Assembly: GCA_963798085.1 (NCBI GenBank)
Contig: CAWCRS010000005.1
Coordinates: 512,001 to 576,000 of the forward strand
Length of the DNA: 64,000 nt
Direction: 5' to 3'
Source: an uncultured Gemmatimonadales bacterium
GTDB lineage: Bacteria; Gemmatimonadota; Gemmatimonadetes; Longimicrobiales; RSA9
Positions 30,734 through 41,462 of this stretch are shown in pieces; position 1 is the stretch's first letter, and each line of letters starts with the position of its first letter. The position numbers and the translations under genes were made by a program. The notes under the pieces are model-generated. The model did not search any database and was not told where the DNA came from. It saw nothing but the letters and a program-made list of their open reading frames with translations.

Positions 30734-32536
30734 ATGTCGAGGCTGAAGCGAATCCTGATCGAGCTGCGCCGCCGCCACGTGTTCAAGGTGGTGGGTGTCT
30801 ACGCGGTGGGCGCATGGGCCGTCATCGAAGTCAGTACGACGACATTCCCTCTGCTCGGCATACCGGAGATCGGCCCGCGCCTCGTCGTCTGGCTCGCCAT
30901 ACTGGGCTTTCCGGCGGCGACCGTGCTCGCCTGGTTCTTCGATCTCACACCCGAGGGCGTCAAACGAACGACGACACTCGAGGAGGCGTCGTCGCCCTCC
31001 ATGATCGGCCCCTCGCCGGCAACGCCACCCGCTGCCGCGACTGACGCCAGCCACGCCCACTCGCGCGTGGCCAGCCGCGCCGCCGGCTTCTTCGGTCTGG
31101 GCATGCTGGTCGCGCTGGTGACCGTGGCCGCGTACTTCCGCTTCGGCCCGACGCGCGCCAGCTCGATCATCGACTCCATCGCCGTCATGCCCTTCGTCGA
31201 CCTCAGCGCCTCGCACGACCAGGAGTATTTCGCTGATGGCATGACCGAGGAGCTGCTGGACCACCTGGCTCACGTGGAAGGTCTGCGCGTGGCCGCGCGA
31301 ACCTCGTCGTTCGCATTCAAGAACACCACCGATGACGCGACGGAAATCGGCCGCAAGCTGCGCGTCGCCTCCATCCTCGAGGGCAGCATACGCCGGGACG
31401 GCAGCAAGCTGCGGGTGACGGCACAGCTCATCAATGCCCGTTCCGGCTATCACCTCTGGTCGCAGAGCTACGACGTGGAGTCGTCCTCCGTCTTCGATGT
31501 CCAGGACGAGATCTCCAGCGCCATCCTGAAGGAGCTGCGCAAGCAGTTCGCGGGGGACACGACGCCCGAGTCCGGGCGCACCGAAAACCTCGTCGCGCAC
31601 GACCTCTACCTGCGCGCCCTCGCCCGCTGGCACTACCGCAGTGAGGCCTCGGTGCGGGAAGCCGTTTCCCTGTTCGAACAGGCTGTTGCGGAGGACCCCG
31701 AGTACGCCGCCGCCTGGGCCGGGCTGGCGCAGGCCTACGCCGTGCTGCCTTCACTCGGCCGCTTCTCCATCGACGAAGCCGTGGCGAAGGGATCGGCTGC
31801 TGCGGCGCGCGCACTCTCACTCGATGCGCAGCTCGCCGATGCGCACGCGGCACTGGGGCAGATCGCGCAGGGCTTCGAGTGGGACCTCAAGGAGGCCGAG
31901 CGCGACTACCGCCACGCCATCGCCTTCAACCCCGGTTACGCCACCGCCCACCAGTGGTACGCCGAGACGCTCATGATGCTGGGCAACACGGCGCAGGCGA
32001 ACGCGGAGATCGACAAAGCGCTGGAGCTGGATCCGCTCTCACCCGCGGCCATGTCCGTGCACGCGTATCTGCTTTCCGTCGAGGGCAAGGGCACTGCCGC
32101 GCTCGAAGCCTACCGCAATGTCACCCGCCTCTATCCCGAGTTCGTGCTGGGTCAGCTCAACCGCATTCTGCTGGCCGCGTACCTGCACCAGCCGCAGGAA
32201 CTGAGCGGGGCCGCGATTCTGGCCGGCGGCGACAGCGCCCTGGCAACGGCCATGCGCACCATCGTGCGGGCGGCCGGCGACCCCGTACAGCGCAGCGCTG
32301 CCCAGGCCGCGGCGCGCACACTCAATGCCGCCAACCCGCCCGCCATCGCCGCGCTCTGGTTCGCGGCCGCCGGCGACAGTGACGCCGCGCTGCAGAGACT
32401 GGAGCAGGCCGTGGCCGGGCGCGCCGACCCCAACGTGCCCTTCATCCTGCTGCACCCGCTATTCCAGCCGCTGCGCGCCAACCCGCGTTTCGCAAAACTG
32501 CTGGACGAAGTCGGTGTGGTTCTGCCCGCAGGCTGA
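30734..32536 (+). CDS. Membrane-anchored TolB-like/TPR protein
   Basis: ELRRRHVFKV + TMs; SIAVMPFVDLS..QEYFADGMTEEL; RVAARTSSF; TPRs. Confidence 0.9.
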   Translation: MSRLKRILIELRRRHVFKVVGVYAVGAWAVIEVSTTTFPLLGIPEIGPRLVVWLAILGFPAATVLAWFFDLTPEGVKRTTTLEEASSPSMIGPSPATPPAAATDASHAHSRVASRAAGFFGLGMLVALVTVAAYFRFGPTRASSIIDSIAVMPFVDLSASHDQEYFADGMTEELLDHLAHVEGLRVAARTSSFAFKNTTDDATEIGRKLRVASILEGSIRRDGSKLRVTAQLINARSGYHLWSQSYDVESSSVFDVQDEISSAILKELRKQFAGDTTPESGRTENLVAHDLYLRALARWHYRSEASVREAVSLFEQAVAEDPEYAAAWAGLAQAYAVLPSLGRFSIDEAVAKGSAAAARALSLDAQLADAHAALGQIAQGFEWDLKEAERDYRHAIAFNPGYATAHQWYAETLMMLGNTAQANAEIDKALELDPLSPAAMSVHAYLLSVEGKGTAALEAYRNVTRLYPEFVLGQLNRILLAAYLHQPQELSGAAILAGGDSALATAMRTIVRAAGDPVQRSAAQAAARTLNAANPPAIAALWFAAAGDSDAALQRLEQAVAGRADPNVPFILLHPLFQPLRANPRFAKLLDEVGVVLPAG

Positions 32537-32637
32537 TCTTAACAGTCCGTTAGAAACGAGACCGCCAACCCCCGCCTGGCCGCGCCCTGATCCGTCAGCC
32601 CAGCCCCGGTCCGAGCCCCAGCCCGCGCCCGAGCAAC

Positions 32638-33720
32638 TCAGTTATCCGTCACGGGAAGCACGCGGGCCAGTCGCTCCAGGCCGGCGCGCAGCGTCTCCGT
32701 GCGGCAGCCGAACGCGATGCGGAAATGGGCCGGCGCTTCGAAGAAGCTGCCCGGCACGATCGCCGTGTCGAACTCCTGCTGCAGGCGATCCGCGAGCGGC
32801 GTCGTGTCCGTTACGCCCGCAACCCGCGGGAACGCGACGTTGCCGCCCCGCGGCTGCACCCATGCGAGACTGCCGTGGGCGTCGACGAATGCGCTGAGCA
32901 GGCGCAGGTTCGGCTCCAGGATGGACCTGGCCCTGGCTTCCAGGCGAGCCAGCTGCGCGAACGCCAGCACGGCCAGCCGGTCCGATGGGAACGAGCCGGA
33001 GCCTTCCATTACATCGCGCGCGCGGCGCACAGCCTCCGCTACCGCGGGCTCGGCAATGATCCAGCCGCAGCGCAGGCCGGACAGGCCGTACCCCTTGGTC
33101 AGGCTGTTCGCGGAGAGGAACACCGGGTCCAGCGTAACGGCGGGCGAGGGCCTCGCCGCGTACACGGCGTCGAGGTACGCCTCATCCACCAGGACGCGGG
33201 CGCCCACGCGGGCCGCGTGTTCGCCCACTGCGCGCAGCGCTGCGACATCGGCCAGAGCGCCGCTCGGGTTGTGCGGGCTCGTGATAACAATGAGTTTCGT
33301 GCGCGGCGTCAGCGCCGCGCGCACGCGCTCCGGGTCCAGCGCCCAGCCTTCCTCGAAAACGCGATCGAAGCGCCGCAGGTTCGCGCCCAGCAGCCGGGCC
33401 GCACCGAGGAAAGGATCGTACGCCGGCCGCTCGATCAGAACGTCGTCGCCTGCCCGAAGCAGCGCGGCCATGGCCAGGAAGTTGGCGCCGCCCGCACCGG
33501 TGGCCGAGGCCACGTGCGGCGGCGTCACGCCGTAATGCTGTGCTATGGACTCGACCAGCGGCGGCCAGCCTTCCGAATTGCTGCCGTTCAGCTCCAGCAC
33601 CTCGCGACTGCCCGGCAATTCCTCCACCGTGCAGCCCAGCAGGTTGCTGCCCGCCAGATCGTACGTCACGTCGGGCCGCTTCTTGGCCCACTCCATGTAC
33701 GGCGCCCAGTGCAGCTCCAT
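32638..33720 (-). CDS. PLP-dependent aminotransferase class I/II
   Basis: PHNPSG, VDEAY, SLTKGYGLSGLRCGW. Confidence 0.92.
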   Translation of the reverse strand: MELHWAPYMEWAKKRPDVTYDLAGSNLLGCTVEELPGSREVLELNGSNSEGWPPLVESIAQHYGVTPPHVASATGAGGANFLAMAALLRAGDDVLIERPAYDPFLGAARLLGANLRRFDRVFEEGWALDPERVRAALTPRTKLIVITSPHNPSGALADVAALRAVGEHAARVGARVLVDEAYLDAVYAARPSPAVTLDPVFLSANSLTKGYGLSGLRCGWIIAEPAVAEAVRRARDVMEGSGSFPSDRLAVLAFAQLARLEARARSILEPNLRLLSAFVDAHGSLAWVQPRGGNVAFPRVAGVTDTTPLADRLQQEFDTAIVPGSFFEAPAHFRIAFGCRTETLRAGLERLARVLPVTDN

Positions 33721-35072
33721 CAGTCCGCTTCCCCGGAAGAATCCTCGAAAGTTGCCTCATCCCGGCGCGGCGGCACGCGCCGGCTCCAGTACCACCAGGC
33801 GGGAACGCCCGTCGCCAGCAACGCGATGCCCATGCCGGAACGCACGGGATTCGATAACAGCACGCTAGCAACCACCAGCACCGCCGAAGCCACGAACAGC
33901 GCGGGCAGCAGCGGATAGCCGGGCGCGACGAAGGTGCCCGCCGGGCGCGTCGCCAGCGGCATGCGCCGCCGGAACACGAACAGCGCCACCACCGTCGAGC
34001 CGAAGAAGATCCAGTCGGGAAACACCACCGTGTCCACCAGCTGCGCATAGGTTCCCGTCAGCGCCAGCAGAATGGCCCACGAGGCCTGCATCACGATGGC
34101 GCGCGTGGGTGTGCCGAATCGCGGATGCAGCCTCGCCACCGAAGTGAAGAACACGCCGTCGTTGGCCATCGCCCAGTACACACGCGTGGGCGCCAGCAGA
34201 CACAGATCGAGAAAGCCGAACGTCGAGATGGCGATGGCACTGGCGATCAGGCGGTCGCCGTAGCGGCCGAACGCCAGCGCCGCCGTGTCCGCCGCCGGCG
34301 TGCGCGTCGCCGCCAGCCCGCCGTGCCCGAGCGCACGCAGGTAGATGGCGTTGACCGCCACATACACGAGCACCACCGCTGCCGTCCCCGCGATCAGCGC
34401 CAGCGGCAGATTGCGGCGCGGCTCGCGGATCTCCTCCGCCACCTGGTTCGCCGTCTGCCAGCCGCCGTACGAGAACATGATGGGAATCAGCGCCGCGCCG
34501 AATGCCAGCGGCAGGAAGCCCATCGTGCTCAGCGCGGGTGGCGGCGAAACCGGTGCGGCCGGAACGAAGATGCCGGCCACGATCAGCGCCGCGAGTGCGA
34601 CCACCTTGAGCACGACGAACACATTCAGCAGGCGGCTGCCCGGCTTTACACCCACATAGTTCACTGCGGCCACCGCGATGATGGAGAGGATCGCGAGCGG
34701 CGTCGAGCTGCCGCTGCGCCCCACCAGCCGCAGCGCATACTCCGCGAAGGTGATCGCCACCGCGGCAATGCCGCCGCCGAAGATGAGCAGCAGCAGCGCC
34801 CAGCCATAGAGGAACGCCAGCAGCGGATGGAAAGCGCGGCGCAGGTACACGTACTGGCCGCCCGCCTGCGGAAAGAGCGAACCCAGCTCGGCGAAGCTGA
34901 GCGCGCCCGCGCCCGCAATCGCGCCGCCCGCCACCCACGCCGCCAGCACCAGGCCCGCCGAGTCCAGACGCTGCGCCACGATGTAGGGATTGATGAAAAT
35001 GCCGGCGCCGATGATGCCGCCGATCACGACCATGGCGGCATTGAACACGCCCAGCTCGCGGCGGAACGTCAT
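33720..35072 (-). CDS. APC family amino acid permease
   Basis: GGIIGAGIF, AELG..FPQAGG.Y, FSYGGW, EEIREPRRNLP. Confidence 0.93.
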   Translation of the reverse strand: MTFRRELGVFNAAMVVIGGIIGAGIFINPYIVAQRLDSAGLVLAAWVAGGAIAGAGALSFAELGSLFPQAGGQYVYLRRAFHPLLAFLYGWALLLLIFGGGIAAVAITFAEYALRLVGRSGSSTPLAILSIIAVAAVNYVGVKPGSRLLNVFVVLKVVALAALIVAGIFVPAAPVSPPPALSTMGFLPLAFGAALIPIMFSYGGWQTANQVAEEIREPRRNLPLALIAGTAAVVLVYVAVNAIYLRALGHGGLAATRTPAADTAALAFGRYGDRLIASAIAISTFGFLDLCLLAPTRVYWAMANDGVFFTSVARLHPRFGTPTRAIVMQASWAILLALTGTYAQLVDTVVFPDWIFFGSTVVALFVFRRRMPLATRPAGTFVAPGYPLLPALFVASAVLVVASVLLSNPVRSGMGIALLATGVPAWWYWSRRVPPRRDEATFEDSSGEAD

Positions 35073-35494
35073 GCGGACCCGCTGCCGTTGCCGTCGGGGA
35101 ATTCGGTCGGGACCCGCGTGGCGGCGGCCAGCAGCACCTTCGCGGCGCGTGCGTACGGCACCAGTCCGAACACGTGCCCGCGCTCCAGCGCGAGCTTGCC
35201 CGACAGCACGCCCAGGATCGGGTCGATACGCCCATCCAGCACCTGCCGCCACGTGTCCGCCGGCGCAGCAATGATCCAGGGCGACGACGCCACGTCGGCC
35301 GCCGTCGCGACCCGCGCTGTGCGGCATTCGCCGCCGTCCAGGTCCACGAAGACGCAGCGCTCCGTGGTACCGGCCGCCGGCTTCATGCGCAGCACGACCC
35401 CGCCCTGCCACGAGCGGCCTGCCTCGCGGTACGCCGGATCCGCGTTGATCGCCGCCTGCCAGGCAACCGCCCACTCGGCACCGAAGATCTCCAT
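35069..35494 (-). CDS. SCP2 sterol/lipid-binding domain protein
   Basis: FGAEW...INADPAY..AGRSW, W.QVLDGRIDPI..VLSGKL. Confidence 0.85.
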   Translation of the reverse strand: MEIFGAEWAVAWQAAINADPAYREAGRSWQGGVVLRMKPAAGTTERCVFVDLDGGECRTARVATAADVASSPWIIAAPADTWRQVLDGRIDPILGVLSGKLALERGHVFGLVPYARAAKVLLAAATRVPTEFPDGNGSGSA

Positions 35495-35937
35495 GCTCTA
35501 ACCCGATGTTACAGGGAGCGACGCGAGACCCGCAGCCGCGTCCGGTCCGCACCGCCACCCCGCTCCCGCGATGGGATCTGCACACTGCCCCCCGCCTGCG
35601 CAGCCTGTCGCATTCGACCGGCGGCGCCGTTTGCCGGCAGCCTCGCGTCGCAGGTGGCAACGTCTCAACCGCCCGCGTTGCGCGCCGGGCGCCGCAATGT
35701 AAGCGGCCGGCCGGCCCGCTCCCAACGGCACGGCCACGACGAACCGCCCGCCGCCACCGAAAACTCGCGTCCGACGGTTGGCGAGGAGTTGCCACGATTT
35801 GATCGATTCTGCATGGCTGATTTGACCAGAAACATGCACATCGCGAGGGGTGAACGACCCTTGCGGCCCTCGCGCCGTACCGCTAAGTTGTTGCCGCTGC
35901 GACTGTTGCCACTTCTTCCCGGGGGCAGCCGCCTCGC

Positions 35938-35952
35938 TGGCACGGTGCTCGC
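35938..35952 (+). promoter_or_regulatory. Putative sigma54 -24/-12 promoter
   Basis: TGGCACGGTGCTCGC versus consensus TGGCACGNNNNTTGC; IHF-like TAAGTTGTTG at ~35884. Confidence 0.55.
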
Positions 35953-36072
35953 CACAGGAAGTCCATGCGCGAACACGCACGGCGTGGCGCGTTGATGGTT
36001 GCGGGGCGGGCCGGCAGGAGCCGGCGGAATGGAAGTCGACGAATGGGAGGCGCGACGTCGCGTCCGGCAAAC

Positions 36073-36270
36073 ATGATTCTGGCTGAGAAGTACCTGCAGC
36101 GATACGGCAACAGCTTCGACGCATACATGGCCCTGCAACGGGCCCTGATGCAGCGATACCTGCTGCGCGGTGGGACCAAGGAAGGCTGGTGCGAGCGTAT
36201 CGCCCCGGTATTCCGCCGCCGCTACGACCCCATCTTCCAGCAGCTGCGCAGCGTGCCACCCCGCCCCTAG
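36073..36270 (+). CDS. Small hypothetical protein (65 aa)
   Basis: MILAEKYLQRYGNSFDAYMALQRALMQRY...; strong GC3 bias; downstream of the sigma54-like site. Confidence 0.65.
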   Translation: MILAEKYLQRYGNSFDAYMALQRALMQRYLLRGGTKEGWCERIAPVFRRRYDPIFQQLRSVPPRP

Positions 36271-36771
36271 ACGCTCGCTCAGCCGCCCGCCGAACAGCAC
36301 CGATCCGCTGCGTGGCTCGGGCTGGTCGCAGGGGCCGGTTGCCCGGGAACGCAGCGCATCGCGGATCCGGGCTCTGCCCTGGCTCCAGTGTTCTACGCGA
36401 CCGCCTGCCTGCCGCAGTGCGCAGCGTCGCCACCTCGCGCACCGATCGCGCCCAGCGGATACGGCGGGAAAGACGATCGAAGTGTTCCCCTCGAGCGTGA
36501 TCGTTCTCTGCCTGCACAACGCGGCCGCCAGATTCTCTTCTCGCAGCATCCATCCCCAGTCGCGGTGGAATCCGTCCCGCCCAATCAGCCCCGGCAACCA
36601 GCCCGCGCACAACACACCCGAGTTCAGGCACTTGAATCGCAAAATCCGGCTTTCCATTCTGCCGAAAGGTGATGGCTTCCAGGCGCCCCGGCGTCGTCGT
36701 CGACCCCGCCGGCCGGGGAATGGTGCTCCGCCAGACTCCGTTCGACTTCCAGCCAGCTGGAGGGATACAGC

Positions 36772-37626
36772 ATGAGTGGCAACGGTCAGACCGGTTATGC
36801 GCATCCGGAGGTGCTGGTCAGCACGGACTGGGTGGCACAGCACGCGAAGGACCCCGACGTGCGCGCTGTCGAAGTGGACGTAGATACATTGGCGTGGGAT
36901 CAGGGACATGTTCCCGGCGCGATCGGCTGGAACTGGGGGACGGACCTGTGCGACACGGTGATGCGCGATATCGTGCCGCGCGAGAAGCTGGAAGCGCTGC
37001 TCGGGAAGTCGGGCATCGGCAATGACACGACCATCGTGCTGTACGGCGACAATAACAACTGGTTTGCGGCGTGGGCCTTCTGGCAGCTGAAGATCTACGG
37101 ACACCGCAACGTGCGCATCATGAACGGGGGCCGCAGGAAGTGGCTGGAAGAGGGACGTGAGGTCAGCACCGAGAAGCCGTCCCCGGAAACGCGCAACTAC
37201 CGGGCGCAGCCACCGGATCTCTCCATCCGCGCGTTCCTGCCCGATGTGCGTTCCATCCTGGGCAGCGACGCCGTGCTCATCGACGTGCGCAGTCCGGCGG
37301 AGTTCACGGGCGAGATCCTGTCGCCGCCCGGGCTGCCCGAAACGTGTCAGCGCGGCGGCCACATACCGGGGGCGAAGAACGTGCCGTGGGGCAAGGCGTG
37401 CAATGAAGACGGCACGTTCAAGACGGCGGCCGAATTGAATGCGCTGTACGGCTCGGCCGGCGTGTCCCCGGAACGACCTGTTATCGCGTACTGCCGCATT
37501 GGCGAGCGCTCCAGCCACACCTGGTTCGTGCTCAAGTATCTGATGGGCCATGACAATGTGCGCAACTACGACGGCTCCTGGACCGAATGGGGCAATCTGG
37601 TGGGTGCGCCGGTCGAGAGGCAGTGA
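36772..37626 (+). CDS. Sulfurtransferase (double rhodanese, CysA/SseA type)
   Basis: LVSTDW, GHVPGA, GHIPGA, YCRIGERS, NYDGSWTEW. Confidence 0.96.
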   Translation: MSGNGQTGYAHPEVLVSTDWVAQHAKDPDVRAVEVDVDTLAWDQGHVPGAIGWNWGTDLCDTVMRDIVPREKLEALLGKSGIGNDTTIVLYGDNNNWFAAWAFWQLKIYGHRNVRIMNGGRRKWLEEGREVSTEKPSPETRNYRAQPPDLSIRAFLPDVRSILGSDAVLIDVRSPAEFTGEILSPPGLPETCQRGGHIPGAKNVPWGKACNEDGTFKTAAELNALYGSAGVSPERPVIAYCRIGERSSHTWFVLKYLMGHDNVRNYDGSWTEWGNLVGAPVERQ

Positions 37627-37635
37627 GGTGAGCCA

Positions 37636-37851
37636 TTGAATGCGGAAGAGTATCTGATACGCAGGGACACGCTGGGCGGCTGGCCCGTGCGCGTCATTTC
37701 GTATCGCCTGGGCGGGCGTTACCTCGCCAGTGTCGAAAACCAGGACCCGGGCGCGCGCGTGTCGCGCGGCGAGGGCGCAACGCGCGAGGAAGCGGAGCGG
37801 CTGGCGGTGGACAAAGCCGCCGAGCGCCTGTCCAAGACGCGCCGGCGTTGA
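37636..37851 (+). CDS. Small hypothetical protein
   Basis: GAGGTG RBS with TTG start; VENQDPGARVSRGEGATREEAE; coupled to the next gene. Confidence 0.7.
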   Translation: MNAEEYLIRRDTLGGWPVRVISYRLGGRYLASVENQDPGARVSRGEGATREEAERLAVDKAAERLSKTRRR

Positions 37852-39014
37852 ACGGGCCCCGCCTGCTTCTTCTAACCTACGAGTTCGCACCTTTCCGCGG
37901 TGGCATTGCCGCGGAAGTCGAGGGGCTGGCGGCGGGCGCCGCCAGCCTCGGTCACGATGTGCACGTGCTGGCACCCGACTATCACAGGGATCTGCGCGCG
38001 CTGGACACGATGCGACCGTACACCGTGCATCGCTTCACCGGCGACTTCTGCAGTCTGCTCTCCATCGACAAGCTCACGCGTTTCGCCCGGCTGTGCCGCG
38101 GCGCAACCGTGCGTCTGCAGCCACGCGTGCTGCACGCCACGGACCCGCAGGCCCAGATGGCGCTCACGGCACTGGCGCGCTTCGGCCTTGCACGCGGATA
38201 CTGCTTCACGGTGCACGGCACGGAACTGCTGCGTTATCAGCGAGAAATGCTGCCGCGTCTCTGGATGCGCGGCGCCATGCGTCGGCCTCTCGCCATTGCC
38301 TGCGTCAGTCACGCCGTGCGGGAACGACTGTTGCACGACACGAATGCGCCCGCAGCCCGCGCGTTCGTCTCGCACCCGGGCATCGCGCCCCGCTGGTTTC
38401 AAACACCCGCCGATCGCGTTGCGGCTCGAGAGGTGTGGGGTGCAGGCGACGATGGGTTCGTCATCATCACGGTCGCCCGCCGGGTGCCGGACAAGGGCCA
38501 CCGCCTGGTGATCGCGGCACTGTCGCGACTGCCGGATGCGCTGCGCGCTCGCACACGGTACGTCGTGGTGGGCACCGGTCCCGCAGACTACGCGGCCGCG
38601 CTCGCAGCGGAAGCGAGCCGCGCGGATGTGCGACTGCAGCTCGCAGGTGAACTGGACGACGACGCGCTCGTGCAGTCGCTCGATGCCGCGGACCTGTTCG
38701 TGATGACCAGTCAGCGAACCGGACGCCGGCTCGAAGGCTTCGGCCTCGCCTACATCGAAGCCGCAGCGCGTGGACTGCCCGCCATTGCCCTCGATACCGG
38801 CGGAGCCGCCGAAGCCGTACAGGATGCGGTCACGGGCCTGGTGCTGCCCGAGCAGGGCAGCGCCGAGACCCTGGCGCACGCCATTGAGCGAATGCTGGTT
38901 GACGACGAAGCGCGCGCACGCATGGGTGCAGCCGCGCGTGTGCGTGCGCGATCCCTCACCTGGCAGGCGCACGCCGGTGACGTGTACACCCGCTTTCTCG
39001 CGGCAACCGCCTGA
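37848..39014 (+). CDS. Glycosyltransferase family 4
   Basis: GGIA, TVHGTE, TVARRVPDKG, EGFGLAYIEAAARGLP. Confidence 0.92.
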   Translation: MNGPRLLLLTYEFAPFRGGIAAEVEGLAAGAASLGHDVHVLAPDYHRDLRALDTMRPYTVHRFTGDFCSLLSIDKLTRFARLCRGATVRLQPRVLHATDPQAQMALTALARFGLARGYCFTVHGTELLRYQREMLPRLWMRGAMRRPLAIACVSHAVRERLLHDTNAPAARAFVSHPGIAPRWFQTPADRVAAREVWGAGDDGFVIITVARRVPDKGHRLVIAALSRLPDALRARTRYVVVGTGPADYAAALAAEASRADVRLQLAGELDDDALVQSLDAADLFVMTSQRTGRRLEGFGLAYIEAAARGLPAIALDTGGAAEAVQDAVTGLVLPEQGSAETLAHAIERMLVDDEARARMGAAARVRARSLTWQAHAGDVYTRFLAATA

Positions 39015-39214
39015 GACTGGACGAGGCCGCGCAATTCCCTCGATTGATCGCGCCGCGTCGCTTGCCGCACGCAGGCAGGGCGCGGCTCAGCCGCCGACAG
39101 GCTTGCTGGTGCGGTTCTCGCATGGCGAATCTGCGAATGTGCTGCCGCGGCGGCTTGTGGAAGCGGCGCTGACGCGGAATACTGACAGTGCGCACGACAA
39201 CGGGGGGAAACGTC

Positions 39215-40672
39215 ATGATGACATCACGACGGCGAGCGATGTGGGGGCGCCTGAGTGCAGGACTGCTGCTGACGGCGGTCGGTTGCGCGACTAACCCGGC
39301 CACAGGAAAAAGGCAGCTCTCGCTCGTCAGCGAGAGCCAGGAAATCCAGATCGGCAAGGATTCGGATCCGGCCATCACTGCGCAGATGGGCGGACTCTAT
39401 TCCGATTCCTCGCTGCAGCGTTATGTCCGCGAAGTGGGCATGAAGCTGGCCGCATTATCGGAGCGGCCTTCCCTGCCCTGGTCCTACAAGCTGCTTGATG
39501 ACGACATCATCAACGCTTTCGCCATACCCGGCGGCTTCGTCTACATCACACGCGGCATTCTCGGCTACATGAACTCCGAGGCGGAGCTGGCCGCTGTGCT
39601 GGGCCATGAAACCGGCCACGTGACTGCCCGCCATTCCGCGCAGCAGATCACGCGCTCGGAGCTGGCGCAGCTGGGCCTGGGCATCGGCTCGGTGCTCTCG
39701 CCCGCGATCGCGCAATATGGCCAGGTGGCCGCCACCGGCCTGCAGCTGCTGTTCCTCAAGTACAGCCGCGAGAACGAGGCGCAGGCCGACGAGCTGGGAT
39801 TCCGCTACATGACGCGCGTGCACTACGATCCGCACGGCATGAGCGACGTGATGCGCATGCTGCAGTCAACGGAGCCGGCCGGCGGCAGCACGCCGGACTG
39901 GCTGCAGACACACCCGGACCCCGGCAACCGCGTGCAGGCCAACGAACAGCGCATCACGGAAGCGAAGACGGACTTCAGCAGCTACGCCACCAACCACGAC
40001 GCCTTCCTGCAGAAGCTTGATAACATCGTGTTTGGCAGCGACCCGCGGCAGGGCTACTTTCTGGGCGGGCGTTTCATCCAGCCCACGCTGAAGCTCGAGA
40101 TCACGTTCCCCGCCGGCTGGCAGACGGCCAACACCTCACAGGCGGTACAGGCGCAGAGCCAGCAGGGCGATGCCGCCATGCAGCTGACCTTCGCCAACGC
40201 CTCCAGTCCTGCGGATGCCGTGCAGAAGCTGCAGGCCACGCAGGGGCTGAGCGTGACGCGCACGTACCAGGACCGGGTCAACGGCATGGATGCGCAGTTC
40301 GTCGACTTCGATCTGCAGAGCCAGAACGGAAATCTGCGGGGCAGCGCGATGTACGTGCAGATCGGCAGCTCGGTCTACGAAATCGTCGGCTATGCCTCGC
40401 CCGCAAACTGGAGCGGCTACAGCGGTACCGTCAGCAGCGCGCTGCACAGCTTTGCGCAGGTGAGCGACGCGCACCTGCTGGACGTGGCGCCCGATCGCGT
40501 GCAGATCGTACGCCTGCCGCACGCCATGACGTTCACGGAATTCACGCAGCAGTACCCGTCCAGTGTTCCCGTGGACCAGGTGCGGCTGGCGAATCAGGTG
40601 ACGCAGAATGAACAGCTTGCCGCCGGCCGGCTGATGAAGCGCATCACCGGCGGGCGGGTGCCCACGCGCTGA
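39215..40672 (+). CDS. M48 family metalloprotease lipoprotein
   Basis: Lipobox VGC-ATNPATG; INAFAIPGG; HETGH; YSRENEAQAD; THP. Confidence 0.95.
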   Translation: MMTSRRRAMWGRLSAGLLLTAVGCATNPATGKRQLSLVSESQEIQIGKDSDPAITAQMGGLYSDSSLQRYVREVGMKLAALSERPSLPWSYKLLDDDIINAFAIPGGFVYITRGILGYMNSEAELAAVLGHETGHVTARHSAQQITRSELAQLGLGIGSVLSPAIAQYGQVAATGLQLLFLKYSRENEAQADELGFRYMTRVHYDPHGMSDVMRMLQSTEPAGGSTPDWLQTHPDPGNRVQANEQRITEAKTDFSSYATNHDAFLQKLDNIVFGSDPRQGYFLGGRFIQPTLKLEITFPAGWQTANTSQAVQAQSQQGDAAMQLTFANASSPADAVQKLQATQGLSVTRTYQDRVNGMDAQFVDFDLQSQNGNLRGSAMYVQIGSSVYEIVGYASPANWSGYSGTVSSALHSFAQVSDAHLLDVAPDRVQIVRLPHAMTFTEFTQQYPSSVPVDQVRLANQVTQNEQLAAGRLMKRITGGRVPTR

Positions 40673-40682
40673 GAGGTGATCG

Positions 40683-41462
40683 ATGTCGAGCGGACGATGT
40701 GTGCGTCGTGCGACAGGAATATCGCTGCTGCTCTTTGGCACACTGTCAGGAGGCGGCAGCTCGCGCGTCGCGGCGCAGCAGTGGAAGCAGCACGACCCGG
40801 CTCGGCCGCACCCGCCTGCGGTGCAGCCGGCGCCGGCCGGCCCCGCCGTGCTCCCGCCCGCGGACGCCATCGTGCTCTTCGACGGCCACGGGCTGGGCGC
40901 CTGGCAGAGCGCCAAGGACGGGCCGGCCGCATGGAAGCTCGCGGGCGATTACATGGAGGTCAGCCCCGGCCAGGGCGCCATCCACACGCGCGACGGCTTC
41001 GGTGATGTGCAGCTGCATGTGGAGTGGGCCACGCCGCCGACTACCGAAGGCAGTGACCAGGAGCCGGGCAACAGCGGCGTGTTCCTCATGGGCATGTACG
41101 AGGTGCAGGTGCTCGATTCCTGGCACAATGTTACCTATGCCGACGGCCAGGCCGGAGCCATCTACGGCGAGTTCCCGCCCATGGTGAACGCCAGCCGGCC
41201 TCCCGGTCAGTGGCAGACCTATGACATCGTATTCACACGCCCGCGCTTCGCCGCCGACGGTGCCGTGCAGAGTCCGGCGTACCTGACTGTGCTGCACAAT
41301 GGCGTACTCATCCACGACCACGTCGCACTCGTCGGTCCCACGGCGAATCAGGCAAGGCCGCCGTACAAGGCGCACCCTGACCGGCTGCCGCTGCAGCTGC
41401 AGGATCACGGCCAGCCCGTGCGCTACCGCGAGATCTGGATCCGCGACCTCGAGAAGCACTGA
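40683..41462 (+). CDS. DUF1080 (3-keto-disaccharide hydrolase-like) protein
   Basis: LFDG, FGDVQLHVEW, GNSGVF, YEVQVLDS, LQDHG..VRYREIWIR. Confidence 0.92.
   Translation: MSSGRCVRRATGISLLLFGTLSGGGSSRVAAQQWKQHDPARPHPPAVQPAPAGPAVLPPADAIVLFDGHGLGAWQSAKDGPAAWKLAGDYMEVSPGQGAIHTRDGFGDVQLHVEWATPPTTEGSDQEPGNSGVFLMGMYEVQVLDSWHNVTYADGQAGAIYGEFPPMVNASRPPGQWQTYDIVFTRPRFAADGAVQSPAYLTVLHNGVLIHDHVALVGPTANQARPPYKAHPDRLPLQLQDHGQPVRYREIWIRDLEKH

Noticed and set aside
36545..36730. SAM-I riboswitch-like words (ATC..GGTGGA..GCCC..CCCCGGCAACC) upstream of the sulfurtransferase
   Set aside because: Lacks the conserved AGA, GAGGGA and properly spaced GGTGCnAA elements; needs an Infernal RF00162 search to be reconsidered
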